Source of the DNA: Legionella genomosp. 1
Lineage (GTDB): Bacteria; Pseudomonadota; Gammaproteobacteria; Legionellales; Legionellaceae
DNA length: 64,000 nt
Direction: 5' to 3'
NCBI GenBank assembly: GCA_945878975.1
Contig: CAMCUM010000007.1
Span: forward strand, 3,063-67,062
Made by a program: the position numbers and the translations under genes. The notes beneath the pieces were generated by a model, which was not told the origin of the DNA, did not search any database, and saw nothing but the letters and a program-made list of their open reading frames with translations. Shown here one piece after another: positions 30,517-40,046 of this stretch (positions are counted from its first letter, which is position 1; each line of letters opens with the position of its first letter).

Positions 30517-30825
30517 ATGAAACTCGTTTCATCTTTTATGCTTGTATCTTGCGCATTGCTTGCTGGTTCCAGCCATGCGACCACCCATTTGCCTGCTGCT
30601 CCCGCAGTGCAGGTTCACAAAAAAATCAATCTGAATATGGCCTCGGTAGAAGAGCTGACGCATTCGATCAAAGGTATTGGCAAAAAACGTGCCATGGCCA
30701 TCGTGCAATATCGTCAAAAACATGGTGTGTTCAAAACGATTACCGATCTTGCTGCTGTCCGAGGGATTGGTTTGCGCTTTGTGCAAAACCATCGATCTGA
30801 ATTGGATGCAACCTTTGTTTGTTGA
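30517..30825 (+). CDS. comEA: ComEA-family helix-hairpin-helix DNA-binding protein
   Basis: Signal peptide, then INLNMASVEELTHSIKGIGKKRAMAIVQYRQKHGVFKTITDLAAVRGIG (tandem HhH). AGGAG lies before the ATG. Confidence 0.85.
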   Translation: MKLVSSFMLVSCALLAGSSHATTHLPAAPAVQVHKKINLNMASVEELTHSIKGIGKKRAMAIVQYRQKHGVFKTITDLAAVRGIGLRFVQNHRSELDATFVC

Positions 30826-30833
30826 TGGGAGAT

Positions 30834-30866
30834 AAGATCTTGTGGGCCAATGGGCCCACAAGATCT
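30834..30866 (+). terminator. Perfect 14-bp stem hairpin after comEA (no T-run)
   Basis: AGATCTTGTGGGCC-AATG-GGCCCACAAGATCT. Confidence 0.45.
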
Positions 30867-31002
30867 CATTGGATTCAACAGAATAAGCGCTCATCCTAGA
30901 GATTGGCGGATTGAGAAATTATTTAACCATTGAAACCTACGCATACGATGCGTTTATTCACTATACTCAAAGCAATACTATTTCATTCAAAGCAATAGCA
31001 CC

Positions 31003-32382
31003 GTGCCAAGACCTACTCAATTCCGCGCCATAAAATACCGCATTGCAGGCCGTAATATTGAGGTTGCAGGATTAGCGCGTCCTGGCCATAAAGGAAAACA
31101 AACCGAAAACAAGGTCATTGATTATTTACATACCCATCAATTTCATACGTTGATCAGTTTGGAAAATCCCGCAAAAAATTTGACAACAAACCGGATTATC
31201 TCAGCGCAACCAGATATGCAATACAACCAAGCTTACGCTGTAGTAGATTTTCAACCGCCTAGTATTGATGCGATGGATGGCATTTATACCATCGTTCGCA
31301 ACAATGCGCTCAACGGAAAAAAAACAGCCATTCATTGTACTGCTGGGCTTGGCAGAACCGGATCAATTCTGGCGGCTATTAAATTAAAAGAACTGATGTT
31401 GGCCCTGCCATCAGAAGCGCTTAACAACGCGCTCAACAAAAAAGATCACCTCATTCAACTTGGAGAATATGCACGCGGTTATCGTACAGATTACAAATCG
31501 GAATGCACCGCTCTTGTGAAGCAAGCTGTTGAAGCGATCCGTTCGCAAGGTGGGTCGTACCATGTAGACTATGTCGAAAACGAAATGCAGATTGATCGAT
31601 TATGCGAATACCAATCACATCTTATAACAAAAATTCTATCGGAGCGTCAAGCCCTCCAAGAAGCCTGCCAAAAAGGGAATATTACCGCTATCCAGGAACA
31701 AATTGGTGCTGGAGCCACGCCTACTCAGGATATGTTTGCGAACGCATATTCAAATGGGAACATTGATGTAATGAATGCCCTGATAAAAGGCGGTATATTA
31801 CCCACCGCAGAAACCTGTCATGACTTCCCCAAATCCAATCATGTAGATGCCGAGTTATTCTTAGAGCTGGTCGTATCATCCGCCACCTTAGAGCTCCAGC
31901 TTGAAAAATTCAGACAACTCCCAGCTAATGAAAACAATCATTCAATGCTGCAAGAATTAAATACTTTACTGATTCAAATTAAGAATTTTAGTTCAGAATG
32001 GACGAATGCTACTAGGCCTTCTGACCAAGCTTTACAAACACTGACGATTGCACTTGATACAGATACAGCCTTGCATTCAAATCTGGCTCAGCATCGCGGC
32101 TTCGTAAGAACGACACCCGTCATACGAGAGATCACTATGGCTATCCAGGTTATACTCAAAGCGCTTCTTTTTGTTTGTATAAAAATATATAGATGCCTGA
32201 CCCTCGATAAAAATCCCGTGCACCAAGAGGGTATCAAAGAGATACTGCAACAACCAGACACCACTACTGTATTAAAAATAAAGGAATTCAAGAAGACCCT
32301 CAACAAATTGAAGCGCCCTGCTTCTTCTATGAATCAGCAAGAAGAAATCCCTTCAGATCACTCAAAAAATAACGCAGGTTAG
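31003..32382 (+). CDS. Eukaryotic-like Cys-based (dual-specificity/PTP) phosphatase with weak ankyrin-like repeats and a long helical C-terminal region
   Basis: HCTAGLGRTGS (HCX5R[S/T] P-loop, codon 111 at 31333), with an upstream VVDFQPPS candidate general-acid loop. ACQKGNITAIQEQIGAGATPT and AYSNGNIDVMNALIKGGILPT resemble ANK helices. The start is GTG. Confidence 0.75.
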   Translation: MPRPTQFRAIKYRIAGRNIEVAGLARPGHKGKQTENKVIDYLHTHQFHTLISLENPAKNLTTNRIISAQPDMQYNQAYAVVDFQPPSIDAMDGIYTIVRNNALNGKKTAIHCTAGLGRTGSILAAIKLKELMLALPSEALNNALNKKDHLIQLGEYARGYRTDYKSECTALVKQAVEAIRSQGGSYHVDYVENEMQIDRLCEYQSHLITKILSERQALQEACQKGNITAIQEQIGAGATPTQDMFANAYSNGNIDVMNALIKGGILPTAETCHDFPKSNHVDAELFLELVVSSATLELQLEKFRQLPANENNHSMLQELNTLLIQIKNFSSEWTNATRPSDQALQTLTIALDTDTALHSNLAQHRGFVRTTPVIREITMAIQVILKALLFVCIKIYRCLTLDKNPVHQEGIKEILQQPDTTTVLKIKEFKKTLNKLKRPASSMNQQEEIPSDHSKNNAG

Positions 32383-32542
32383 CATTTCCCGAATTTGGTA
32401 CCGGGTTTGACGTGCGGATTTAAACTTTTTTGTCCTCAGCTTCAGATGAGCGATCTTGGCAATGTATCAGCTGTTTTGAGCCCCCTCACCCTCACTGCCA
32501 TTAAGTTAAGGTAGCTTATTGATAAGAACTTCGTCATACATC

Positions 32543-32635
32543 GTGACCGTAGCCTGGATGCAGCGCAGCGAAATCCAGGGTCAGTGCTATCGACTTCCCG
32601 GATTCCGCTGCGCTGCATCCAGGCTACCATCCTAA
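32543..32635. repeat. Palindromic repeat, family C (GTAGCCTGGATGCAGCGCAGCGAAATCC arms), copy 1
   Basis: 93-bp hairpin element. Its ends GTGACCGTAGCC... / ...GGCTACCATCCTAA define the orientation. Confidence 0.9.
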
Positions 32636-32637
32636 GC

Positions 32638-33468
32638 CTAACAACTTAAAAGAATATTAATCAAATAAGCTGATGAATGCTCATATTTTTTGCCTTCTTG
32701 GAAAAAATACTGTCCACGCCAAGCCGCCATGCCAGCAGGGACTGTAGACAAGGTGAGGATATAGAGCGCCCATGCGCTGATCAGTGTGGCTACAACGCTC
32801 GCCACACTGATACCCGAAACCGCCAATCCAACCATCAGATACGCGGCTTTACGATATTGTTTGGATAATGCTTGTGTCTCATTCTGTAATGCCTGCGCTA
32901 TCGTTAATTCTTCTCTTTGCAATGTTTCTAGACCTAGTGTTAGCTCACGTTGCCGATCCAAACAAGGTTGTATAATCATCTCTTGATACGATTTTAAATA
33001 TTGCTCACGTACTTGATCCGTCATATGGGTAGCTTGGCATTTGACCTTTTCACATAGAACTAAGAACCCATTAATCTGCTTTTTTTTCTGCAAGACCTGG
33101 GCATCCATGTTTTGCAATTGCTGACTTAAAGAATACCAACTACCACCTAGCACCAGTCTTCCTCTACTTCTATCCGTTCGGCTACCGTCCTGCTTAAAAT
33201 TATCATAAGCAACTGAAGTTTCTGAGATTTGCAGACGAATTTCTTTTATTTGTTTCAAATCTGAGCTGATCTCAAGAGCGACCTTCCTCCCTTTCTCAAG
33301 ATCACAATCTCTACATAAAAATAAAACCCTTTCCAAATCCATTAATTCAAGACCAATATTTTTTATCTTCTCTACTTGCAAAGCAATATCATTTTGTTTC
33401 TGTGTCCCTTGACATTTTAAATTCTGAATCTCCATTTTTTTCATTTCAAGATGATTAAAAAATAACAT
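32638..33468 (-). CDS. Coiled-coil protein with a C-terminal bilobed hydrophobic hairpin (Inc-like, vacuole-membrane effector-like)
   Basis: 276 aa, heptad-rich, with the hydrophobic stretch AAYLMVGLAVSGISVASVVATLISAWALYILTLSTVPAGMAAW near the C-terminus. It looks A/T-rich. Confidence 0.65.
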   Translation of the reverse strand: MLFFNHLEMKKMEIQNLKCQGTQKQNDIALQVEKIKNIGLELMDLERVLFLCRDCDLEKGRKVALEISSDLKQIKEIRLQISETSVAYDNFKQDGSRTDRSRGRLVLGGSWYSLSQQLQNMDAQVLQKKKQINGFLVLCEKVKCQATHMTDQVREQYLKSYQEMIIQPCLDRQRELTLGLETLQREELTIAQALQNETQALSKQYRKAAYLMVGLAVSGISVASVVATLISAWALYILTLSTVPAGMAAWRGQYFFQEGKKYEHSSAYLINILLSC

Positions 33469-33597
33469 TGCGCACCTCTTGTGATATGCAAATATTGCGC
33501 AATTTTATCAAAAATAAACTAAAGTGTAAACAAATAGAAATATATCGCACCTACCCGAAGCACGGTTTGTTGTCACAATACAGGACACACTGCCATT

Positions 33598-33692
33598 AAG
33601 TTAGGATGGTAGCCTGGATGCAGCGCAGCGAAATCCGGGGTCAGTGCCACTGACCTCCCGGATATCGCTACGCTGCATCCAGGCTACGGTCA
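33598..33692. repeat. Family C copy 2, inverted relative to copy 1
   Basis: TTAGGATGGTAGCC...GGCTACGGTCAC. Both copies are preceded by CACTGCCATTAAGTTA. Confidence 0.9.
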
Positions 33693-33716
33693 CGCAGTGT
33701 CGAGATGACACGGTGA

Positions 33717-34541
33717 TTATATTTTGCGGTGCACTTTCGCAATAGACATGATTTTAGTTGAGATTTCTTCTATAGAAAAATGAGTAGAATCCAAATAAGG
33801 GATTTTTTCATGATGATAAAGTGATTCGGCTTCGCGCACCTCTTGGCGACATTGCTCAAAAGAAGCATACGGTGAATTCGGGCGCCGCTCCGTTCGGATA
33901 GATTGGAGGCGCACAGGATCAATGGTCAAACCAAATAATTTTGCGCGACACGGCTGTAGCATGGTGGGCAATTGATGGCGCGCTAACTCATCCAATGTAA
34001 ACGGATAATTCGCTGCATACAGTCCAAACTGTAATGCCATATAGAGACAGCTCGGCGTTTTGCCACAACGTGATACACCGATTAAAATGATATCGGCTTG
34101 TTCATAACCATCAAGCTTCATGCCATCATCATAGGCCAATGCATAATTAACCGCGTCGATGCGCTGATCATAACTCTCAGAATCGGCGGCATGTGCCAAA
34201 CCAATGGTATCTGAGGCCTTGATCCCTAACTCCGCTTCCAACGGCGATAAAAAAGTTGAAAACAAATCAAACACGCAAGCAGAAGTGGCTTTGATATAAG
34301 CACCGATGTCGGGATTAACCAAAGTCATAAATACCAGAGGTCGCAATCCGTTCACAACGAAATACTGTTCCATCTCATCACAAATGGTTTGAATTTTAGG
34401 AATCGTATCCACGTATGGAAAGATTTTTTTTTCAAATTGAACCGATGCAAATTGCGACATCAAACTATTACTTAAAGATTCGACCGTGATACCCGTACCA
34501 TCTGAAATCATATACACCATACGCTTTGCTACATCACTCAT
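33717..34541 (-). CDS. ppsR: Pyruvate, water dikinase regulatory protein (bifunctional kinase/pyrophosphorylase, DUF299)
   Basis: MSDVAKRMVYMISDGTGITVESLSNSLMSQF aligns with the PpsR N-terminus. GVSRCGKTP is the P-loop. Confidence 0.85.
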   Translation of the reverse strand: MSDVAKRMVYMISDGTGITVESLSNSLMSQFASVQFEKKIFPYVDTIPKIQTICDEMEQYFVVNGLRPLVFMTLVNPDIGAYIKATSACVFDLFSTFLSPLEAELGIKASDTIGLAHAADSESYDQRIDAVNYALAYDDGMKLDGYEQADIILIGVSRCGKTPSCLYMALQFGLYAANYPFTLDELARHQLPTMLQPCRAKLFGLTIDPVRLQSIRTERRPNSPYASFEQCRQEVREAESLYHHEKIPYLDSTHFSIEEISTKIMSIAKVHRKI

Positions 34542-35991
34542 GCCACAACTCCATAAATGAGCCAACGGACATGGCAGCTAATTTTTCTAAATCCAACATG
34601 GTTTCTAAAATCTCTTCTACCCGAGCAGGCGCATAATGAGTGGCCAAATTATGACGAGCTTTGCTGATCAATAATGGCAACCCTTCTTGCCGCCGACGCG
34701 GATGACCTAGCGGATATTCAATGGTAATCGGTGCGGTTTTGCTACCATCTTGAAAGGTGATTTGGACACGATTCGCAATCGATCGCAAATCTGGTGCGTG
34801 ATAATCTGCTGAAAATTGCCGATCCTCTTGGACCTGCATTTTGGCACGCAACGCATCGATACGCGGATCTGCGGCAACGGCATCCTCATAGTACTCGGCT
34901 TTGAGATCACCAAATAAGAGCGCGACAGCCACCATATATTGTAAGCAATGATCACGATCTGCAGGATTATGCAGCTGCCCTTCTTTCGAAATAATTCGAA
35001 TCGCTGATTCGTGGGTGGTCAACTCAATTTTAGCAATATCTTGCCAACGATCTTTGACGTCTGGATACAAACGAGTCGCGCATTCTACCGCCGTTTGCGC
35101 GTGAAATTCAGCAGGATACGCAATCTTAAATAACACATGCTCCATCACATAGGAACCATAGGAACGCTGTAACCGGAAGGACTGCCCACCAAATGATACG
35201 GCATAAAAACCCCATTTGGGCGCCGTCAAAGCACTGGGATAACCCATTTCTCCGCGTTGTGATATGAGCGCTAAACGCACCCCTCTTGCTGTCGCGTCGC
35301 CAGCCGCCCAAGATTTACGCGAACCGGCATTCGGTGCATGGCGATACGTACGTAAACTTTGTCCGTCTACAAATACTTGAGACAAACAGCGTAAGATCAT
35401 ATCGCGATCCCCGCCCAATAAGACACAAGCCACCGCAGCCGTTGCTAACTTTACTAAGATCACATGATCGAGTCCAACACGGTTAAAACTGTTTTCTAAA
35501 GCCAAACAACCTTGAATTTCATGTGCTTTGATCATCAATGTTAAGACTTGATGCATGTTTAAAGGGTCCCGCTCAGCACCTGTCTCTTGACGTGCCATGT
35601 AATCAGCAAGGGCCAAAATACCTCCTAGATTATCTGAGGGATGCCCCCATTCTGCAGCCAACCAGGTATCATTGAAATCTAGCCAACGAATCATCGTACC
35701 GATATTGAATGCCGCTTGCACGGGATCTAATTCATAAGAGGTGCCAGGCACGCGCGCGCCCCCCGCTAATTCCGCGCCAGGCACAATGGGCCCTAGTAAT
35801 TTCTTGCACTCTGGAAAACTTAACGCCAAAATGCCACAACCCAACGTATCCAATAAACACCAGCGCGCGGTCTCATACGCCAATTGACTAGGCACCTCCG
35901 GAGATAAAACATAGTCTGCAATGGCAACCAAGATCTCGTCGTAATCTGGTTTGATATTCGATTCAACTGTATGCGTCATCTTAGCGCTCAC
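34534..35991 (-). CDS. prpD: 2-methylcitrate dehydratase
   Basis: 485 aa, MmgE/PrpD family, in prpBCD context. Confidence 0.88.
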   Translation of the reverse strand: MSAKMTHTVESNIKPDYDEILVAIADYVLSPEVPSQLAYETARWCLLDTLGCGILALSFPECKKLLGPIVPGAELAGGARVPGTSYELDPVQAAFNIGTMIRWLDFNDTWLAAEWGHPSDNLGGILALADYMARQETGAERDPLNMHQVLTLMIKAHEIQGCLALENSFNRVGLDHVILVKLATAAVACVLLGGDRDMILRCLSQVFVDGQSLRTYRHAPNAGSRKSWAAGDATARGVRLALISQRGEMGYPSALTAPKWGFYAVSFGGQSFRLQRSYGSYVMEHVLFKIAYPAEFHAQTAVECATRLYPDVKDRWQDIAKIELTTHESAIRIISKEGQLHNPADRDHCLQYMVAVALLFGDLKAEYYEDAVAADPRIDALRAKMQVQEDRQFSADYHAPDLRSIANRVQITFQDGSKTAPITIEYPLGHPRRRQEGLPLLISKARHNLATHYAPARVEEILETMLDLEKLAAMSVGSFMELWHE

Positions 35992-37096
35992 TTATCGGAA
36001 CAAAAGGTTTTGGATCCGGACCAATGTACTCAGAAGAGGGTCGGATCAGGCGATTATCCGCCCGTTGTTCAAAAACATGTGCAGACCATCCCGCAATGCG
36101 GGCGAACACAAAAATTGGCGTAAAAAATGGAGTAGGAATCCCACAATAATGATAAGCCGATGCACTATAAAAATCTAAATTTGGAAACATATGTTTTTCG
36201 CGCCGCATCACTTGCTCAATCCGCTCAGATACGTGATATAACGTCAGATCGTGCGCCGCTTCACCCAAACGTTTTGACCAGCGCTGAATAATATCTGAAC
36301 GTGGATCACAATCCTTATAAACCCGATGACCAAACCCCATAATAATTTCTTTGGTTTGTAGCATATGGAGCAGTTGATTTTCTGCCGCATCACGGGTTTT
36401 AAATTGCTCAATCAATGCCATCGCTGCTTCATTCGCGCCTCCATGCAAGGGCCCTCGTAAGGTACCAATCGCAGAAGTGATACAAGAATAAAAATCAGAC
36501 AACGTTGCCGCGGTCACCCTTGCCGCAAACGTTGAGGCATTAAACTCGTGTTCTGCATAGAGAATCAAAGACACATTCATCATGTCCCGGTGCAGATCGC
36601 TAGGCGTTTTATCATGTAATAATCCTAAAAAATGGCCCCCAATCGTCGTTTCTTCTGTCAAACCACTGATCTCTTTGCCATTTTCATGGTAATGATACCA
36701 AAAACACAACATACCAGGAGATAAAGCCAACAAGCGATCCGCAACCTCATGTTCATGCGTCATCGTTGTTTCGGGCTCAAGCGTGCCTAACATGGAACAA
36801 CCCGTGCGTAACACATCCATCGGATGCGCGGTATCAGGTATCAATTTGAGTACCGCTTTCAATGCATCAGGCAGCACGCGTAAGGACATGAGTTTTTCAG
36901 TATAATGCACCAACTCTTGCTGCGTCGGCAAATGTCCGTACATCAGCAAATAAGCGACTTCTTCAAAACTGGCATGCTCGGTCAAATCTTCAATACTATA
37001 ACCTCGATATGTTAAGCCTTTCCCTGCCTGACCAACCGTGCATATCGCTGATTTCCCGGCGATCATCCCAGCCAACCCTGCTGCCTTATCTCCCAT
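35981..37096 (-). CDS. prpC: 2-methylcitrate synthase
   Basis: Citrate-synthase fold (GFGHRVYK, HEFNAST), with the likely start MGDKAAGLAG. It lies between prpB and prpD. Confidence 0.88.
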   Translation of the reverse strand: MGDKAAGLAGMIAGKSAICTVGQAGKGLTYRGYSIEDLTEHASFEEVAYLLMYGHLPTQQELVHYTEKLMSLRVLPDALKAVLKLIPDTAHPMDVLRTGCSMLGTLEPETTMTHEHEVADRLLALSPGMLCFWYHYHENGKEISGLTEETTIGGHFLGLLHDKTPSDLHRDMMNVSLILYAEHEFNASTFAARVTAATLSDFYSCITSAIGTLRGPLHGGANEAAMALIEQFKTRDAAENQLLHMLQTKEIIMGFGHRVYKDCDPRSDIIQRWSKRLGEAAHDLTLYHVSERIEQVMRREKHMFPNLDFYSASAYHYCGIPTPFFTPIFVFARIAGWSAHVFEQRADNRLIRPSSEYIGPDPKPFVPISER

Positions 37097-37970
37097 TTTT
37101 TCTCTCCAAATCAATATTATCCAAACTTTCTTCGTACGCACGATAACCTAATACATCGTATAATGCTTCGCGCGTTTGCATTTTATCCACCAACGTAGCT
37201 TGTGTGCCTTCTTGTAAAATGGTTTGATACATCTCGGAGGCCGCCTGAGACATGGCACGAAACGCGCTTAAGGGATATAACGCCATGCTCACACCGACGC
37301 TTTGTAAATCTGCTCGCGTAAACAAAGGCGTACGACCAAATTCCGTGATATTTGCCAAAATGGGGACACCTAGTGCCGCAAAAGCTTGATAATATTCTAA
37401 ATGTGTCAAGGCTTCTGGAAATAGCATATCAGCCCCTTGTTCCACATAATAAGCCGCTCTATCTAATGTCGCGTTTAAGCCCTCATTGGCATAAGCATCC
37501 GTACGCGCCATGATCACAAACGACTCATCTTGGCGCGCGTCCACCGCTGCTTTCAAACGATCCCCCATTTCTTGCATCGCAACAATCGCCTTATTCGGCC
37601 GGTGCCCACAGCGTTTCGCTCCGACTTGATCTTCGATATGCACCGCAGCAACGCCCGCGCTTTCCATCAAACGAATCGCACGAGCAATTTGAAAAGCATG
37701 GCCCCATCCCGTATCGATATCCACCAGCATAGGCAAAGCACACGCCCCGCGTATGCGCCGCACATCTTCCAACACTTCCGTTAAGCTGGTCATCCCTAAA
37801 TCGGGCAAACCATACGAAGCATTCGCAACCCCTGCTCCAGACAAATACAAAGCTTGCCCGCCGGCACGTTCCACCAACATGGCAGCATAAGCATTAATGG
37901 CACCCATGATTGGCAAAGGTGCAGCGTGTTTCACCAAATGGCGGAATTGTTTCCCTGTTGTATGGTTCAT
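37086..37970 (-). CDS. prpB: Methylisocitrate lyase
   Basis: 294 aa with IEDQVGAKRCGH, the PEP-mutase/ICL family signature. Confidence 0.9.
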   Translation of the reverse strand: MNHTTGKQFRHLVKHAAPLPIMGAINAYAAMLVERAGGQALYLSGAGVANASYGLPDLGMTSLTEVLEDVRRIRGACALPMLVDIDTGWGHAFQIARAIRLMESAGVAAVHIEDQVGAKRCGHRPNKAIVAMQEMGDRLKAAVDARQDESFVIMARTDAYANEGLNATLDRAAYYVEQGADMLFPEALTHLEYYQAFAALGVPILANITEFGRTPLFTRADLQSVGVSMALYPLSAFRAMSQAASEMYQTILQEGTQATLVDKMQTREALYDVLGYRAYEESLDNIDLERKNGR

Positions 37971-38010
37971 TATTCTCCTAGCACTAGGTTTTAGCCATGA
38001 AAGTTCAGAA

Positions 38011-38325
38011 TCACAGATCCTCGCACTTCAACACATAATAAGCGGGGGTCTCATAAGGATGCGCTTGCTTTAGCGCAGCTACTGCTTCTTTAAGGTGGGT
38101 AGAGTCGCATACCATTTCTACTTTATACTCTGGCACCCTTTCCAGTACATTGACGTCACCAATAAAAGCATGGCTACCCGTTAAGGGCAAAAATTGCCCT
38201 TCGCCTAAGGTTTGCCATGCACAATGCGAATAATGACCTATGGTTCCTGCACCGACCGCAAAAATAGCATTTTTCACACTTTCAAGGTGGGTTTCAGGCA
38301 CTAGAAAAGACAGGACATATAACAT
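38011..38325 (-). CDS. Small Nif3/YqfO-C-terminal-domain-like protein (104 aa)
   Basis: The pattern VPETHLESVKNAIFAVGAG.IG.Y..C...LGEG.F.P........G........E..VEMVC...L..AV.ALK.AHPYE.PAY is what I recall for this family. Confidence 0.5.
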   Translation of the reverse strand: MLYVLSFLVPETHLESVKNAIFAVGAGTIGHYSHCAWQTLGEGQFLPLTGSHAFIGDVNVLERVPEYKVEMVCDSTHLKEAVAALKQAHPYETPAYYVLKCEDL

Positions 38326-38640
38326 TACTGAAGTACCTTATAAAAATCATGCCCAATAAACCACGCACCTGAGCCGTCTCATGACAAGCATCGATCTGAT
38401 AAAACAGCTTAAGTAATACTGCAACTTAGCTAAAAACTCAATAGATTTTATTGTTGCAGCAGTAATGAGAGCATTTTGAACCCAAAAAAAGCAAGACCTG
38501 ACATGATGTAGTCCTACCAAAAGTATTCTGAGTTTTTAATCACTTTAAATTGCTCTCGAAACAAGCTGTTTTCACTGTTTTATGCAAACCATTTGCTGAT
38601 AATAAAACACATTGATCCCTCAACGTCACGCCGATAAAAC

Positions 38641-39094
38641 GTAAGAAGTGCTTCTCCCAATATTGGGAGAAGGTGCCCGATAGGGCGGATGAGGGTAGAT
38701 CAAATATCTATGCACTGGCGTATTTGCTCTAGAAGCACTTCAAACTGACAAAAAACATCTGAATTCCAAAATCTTAAAACTCTAAAACCAAAGTGTTCTA
38801 AGTAATCGGTACGCTTATTATCACAATCAAGCTGTTCGGCATGTTGCCCACCATCTAACTCAATAACCAATTTGTGGCTCAAGCAAACAAAATCCACAAC
38901 GTATGGACCTACAGGAAATTGTCTTCTAAATTTTAACCCCATAAATCGTCTATTCCGTAAATATTGCCAAAGCTTAACTTCCGGAGTTGTACTGGTTTGA
39001 CGCAGCTTCCGTGCTACACCGATGCCCATGAATGCTCTACCCTCATCCGCCCTATCGGGCACCTTCTCCCATCAATGGTAGAAGGCGTTCTTAC
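38641..39094. mobile_element. DUF559 cassette: a single small endonuclease-fold ORF exactly bounded by 59-bp terminal inverted repeats
   Basis: The left TIR (38641-38699) and right TIR (39036-39094) share a perfect 34-nt core, GGAGAAGGTGCCCGATAGGGCGGATGAGGGTAGA. Each TIR carries an internal mini-hairpin. Confidence 0.7.
38700..39062 (-). CDS. DUF559 (Vsr-like endonuclease fold) domain protein
   Basis: ARKLRQTSTTPEVKLWQYLRNRRFMGLKFRRQFPVGPYVVDFVC...LVIELDGGQH...VLRFWN is the DUF559 pattern. The first 11 codons are TIR-encoded, so the real start may be at 39029. Confidence 0.8.
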   Translation of the reverse strand: MPDRADEGRAFMGIGVARKLRQTSTTPEVKLWQYLRNRRFMGLKFRRQFPVGPYVVDFVCLSHKLVIELDGGQHAEQLDCDNKRTDYLEHFGFRVLRFWNSDVFCQFEVLLEQIRQCIDI

Positions 39095-39214
39095 TGAACT
39101 ATTGCACATAATTTACGAAATCTTTTTTTCTAAAGCACCTAAAACTCTTTGTTTTGCTAGAGATTTTTTAATGGCGGGAATCGTTGAGTATATTTCCCGA
39201 CGTCACTCAGCCAT

Positions 39215-39646
39215 CTACTCCGAACAATAAGCATCACAATCTTGATAACCGATCAATCTAGAGTTTTTATACTTTTCTAAACAAATAGGCATACAAGCGA
39301 CTTTGGCTTCGAAAAAACACTCTTGCTTACTATTCGTTTTAAAGTCTTTGGTAATCGGACGGATGCAGTCCTCGGAAAAAGAACTCAGTCGACTATTCGC
39401 ATAATAATCCATGCAAGTTTTGAGGCCTACCTTATAAGAGTCCACCGCGTTTTTACAAGTCCGTGCCTCATACTGACTCGTTGTGCCGTTCGCATTCGCA
39501 GCACATTGATAATATTGTCCATCAATGTACACCCAAATGTCATTGGGTTGCGCATAAACCGTCGCCGCATTGGCAGCAAAAAAGCCGCACAAAAGCCCTG
39601 CCCCCAAACAAATAGACCCTATTTTACCCATATTGATACGCTCCAC
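39215..39646 (-). CDS. Secreted cysteine-rich hypothetical protein
   Basis: Signal peptide (GAGLLCGFFAANAATVYA), 10 Cys, and an internal duplication (YYANSRLSSFSEDC / KYKNSRLIGYQDC). Confidence 0.55.
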   Translation of the reverse strand: MERINMGKIGSICLGAGLLCGFFAANAATVYAQPNDIWVYIDGQYYQCAANANGTTSQYEARTCKNAVDSYKVGLKTCMDYYANSRLSSFSEDCIRPITKDFKTNSKQECFFEAKVACMPICLEKYKNSRLIGYQDCDAYCSE

Positions 39647-39705
39647 TTTGTTTTTAAGAGTGGCATTTTATATTGTTTATCGGCAGAGTTCCATTCAAAA
39701 CGGGG

Positions 39706-39741
39706 TATCCGAGCTGCGCCCTCACGGTCTCAGATCGGATA
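39706..39741. repeat. Short family B-like hairpin
   Basis: TATCCGAGCTGCGCCCTCACGGTCTCAGATCGGATA. Confidence 0.6.
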
Positions 39742-39747
39742 GTATGA

Positions 39748-39954
39748 TCATCTGGGATGATACCATTCTACCATCGGTAGTATGTTAGAAATGAGACCAA
39801 AAAATTGCAACACATAAATAACCAAAACAACTGCCACCACGATGTTCAACAAACTCTTAATAAAGGGTTCCATTGGCAAAAAACGATTAATCACACCAAG
39901 TACCAACCCAGACAACAGGATGACCAACAACAAATTTAATAATGCGTGAGACAT
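39748..39954 (-). CDS. Small two-TM membrane protein (68 aa)
   Basis: MSHALLNLLLVILLSGLVLGVI...IVVAVVLVIYVLQFFGLI. Confidence 0.45.
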   Translation of the reverse strand: MSHALLNLLLVILLSGLVLGVINRFLPMEPFIKSLLNIVVAVVLVIYVLQFFGLISNILPMVEWYHPR

Positions 39955-40046
39955 CTTTCCTCTCCTGATAGTAGTAAGCATTGCTCAAATACTTTGTAAT
40001 CAAGGAGTCTTTCCAGTATAAAAGGATGTGTGATTAAAAAATAGCA

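Noticed and set aside
32442-32630. 62-aa ORF (also the 73-aa ORF at 39936-40157)
   Set aside because: Both are encoded entirely by family C / REP palindromes.
38326-38640. 315-bp ORF-free region that might hold an sRNA (weak TACTGCAAC...GTTGCAGCA stem)
   Set aside because: The stem has a mismatch and a 30-nt loop, and there is no promoter/terminator pair. The evidence is insufficient.
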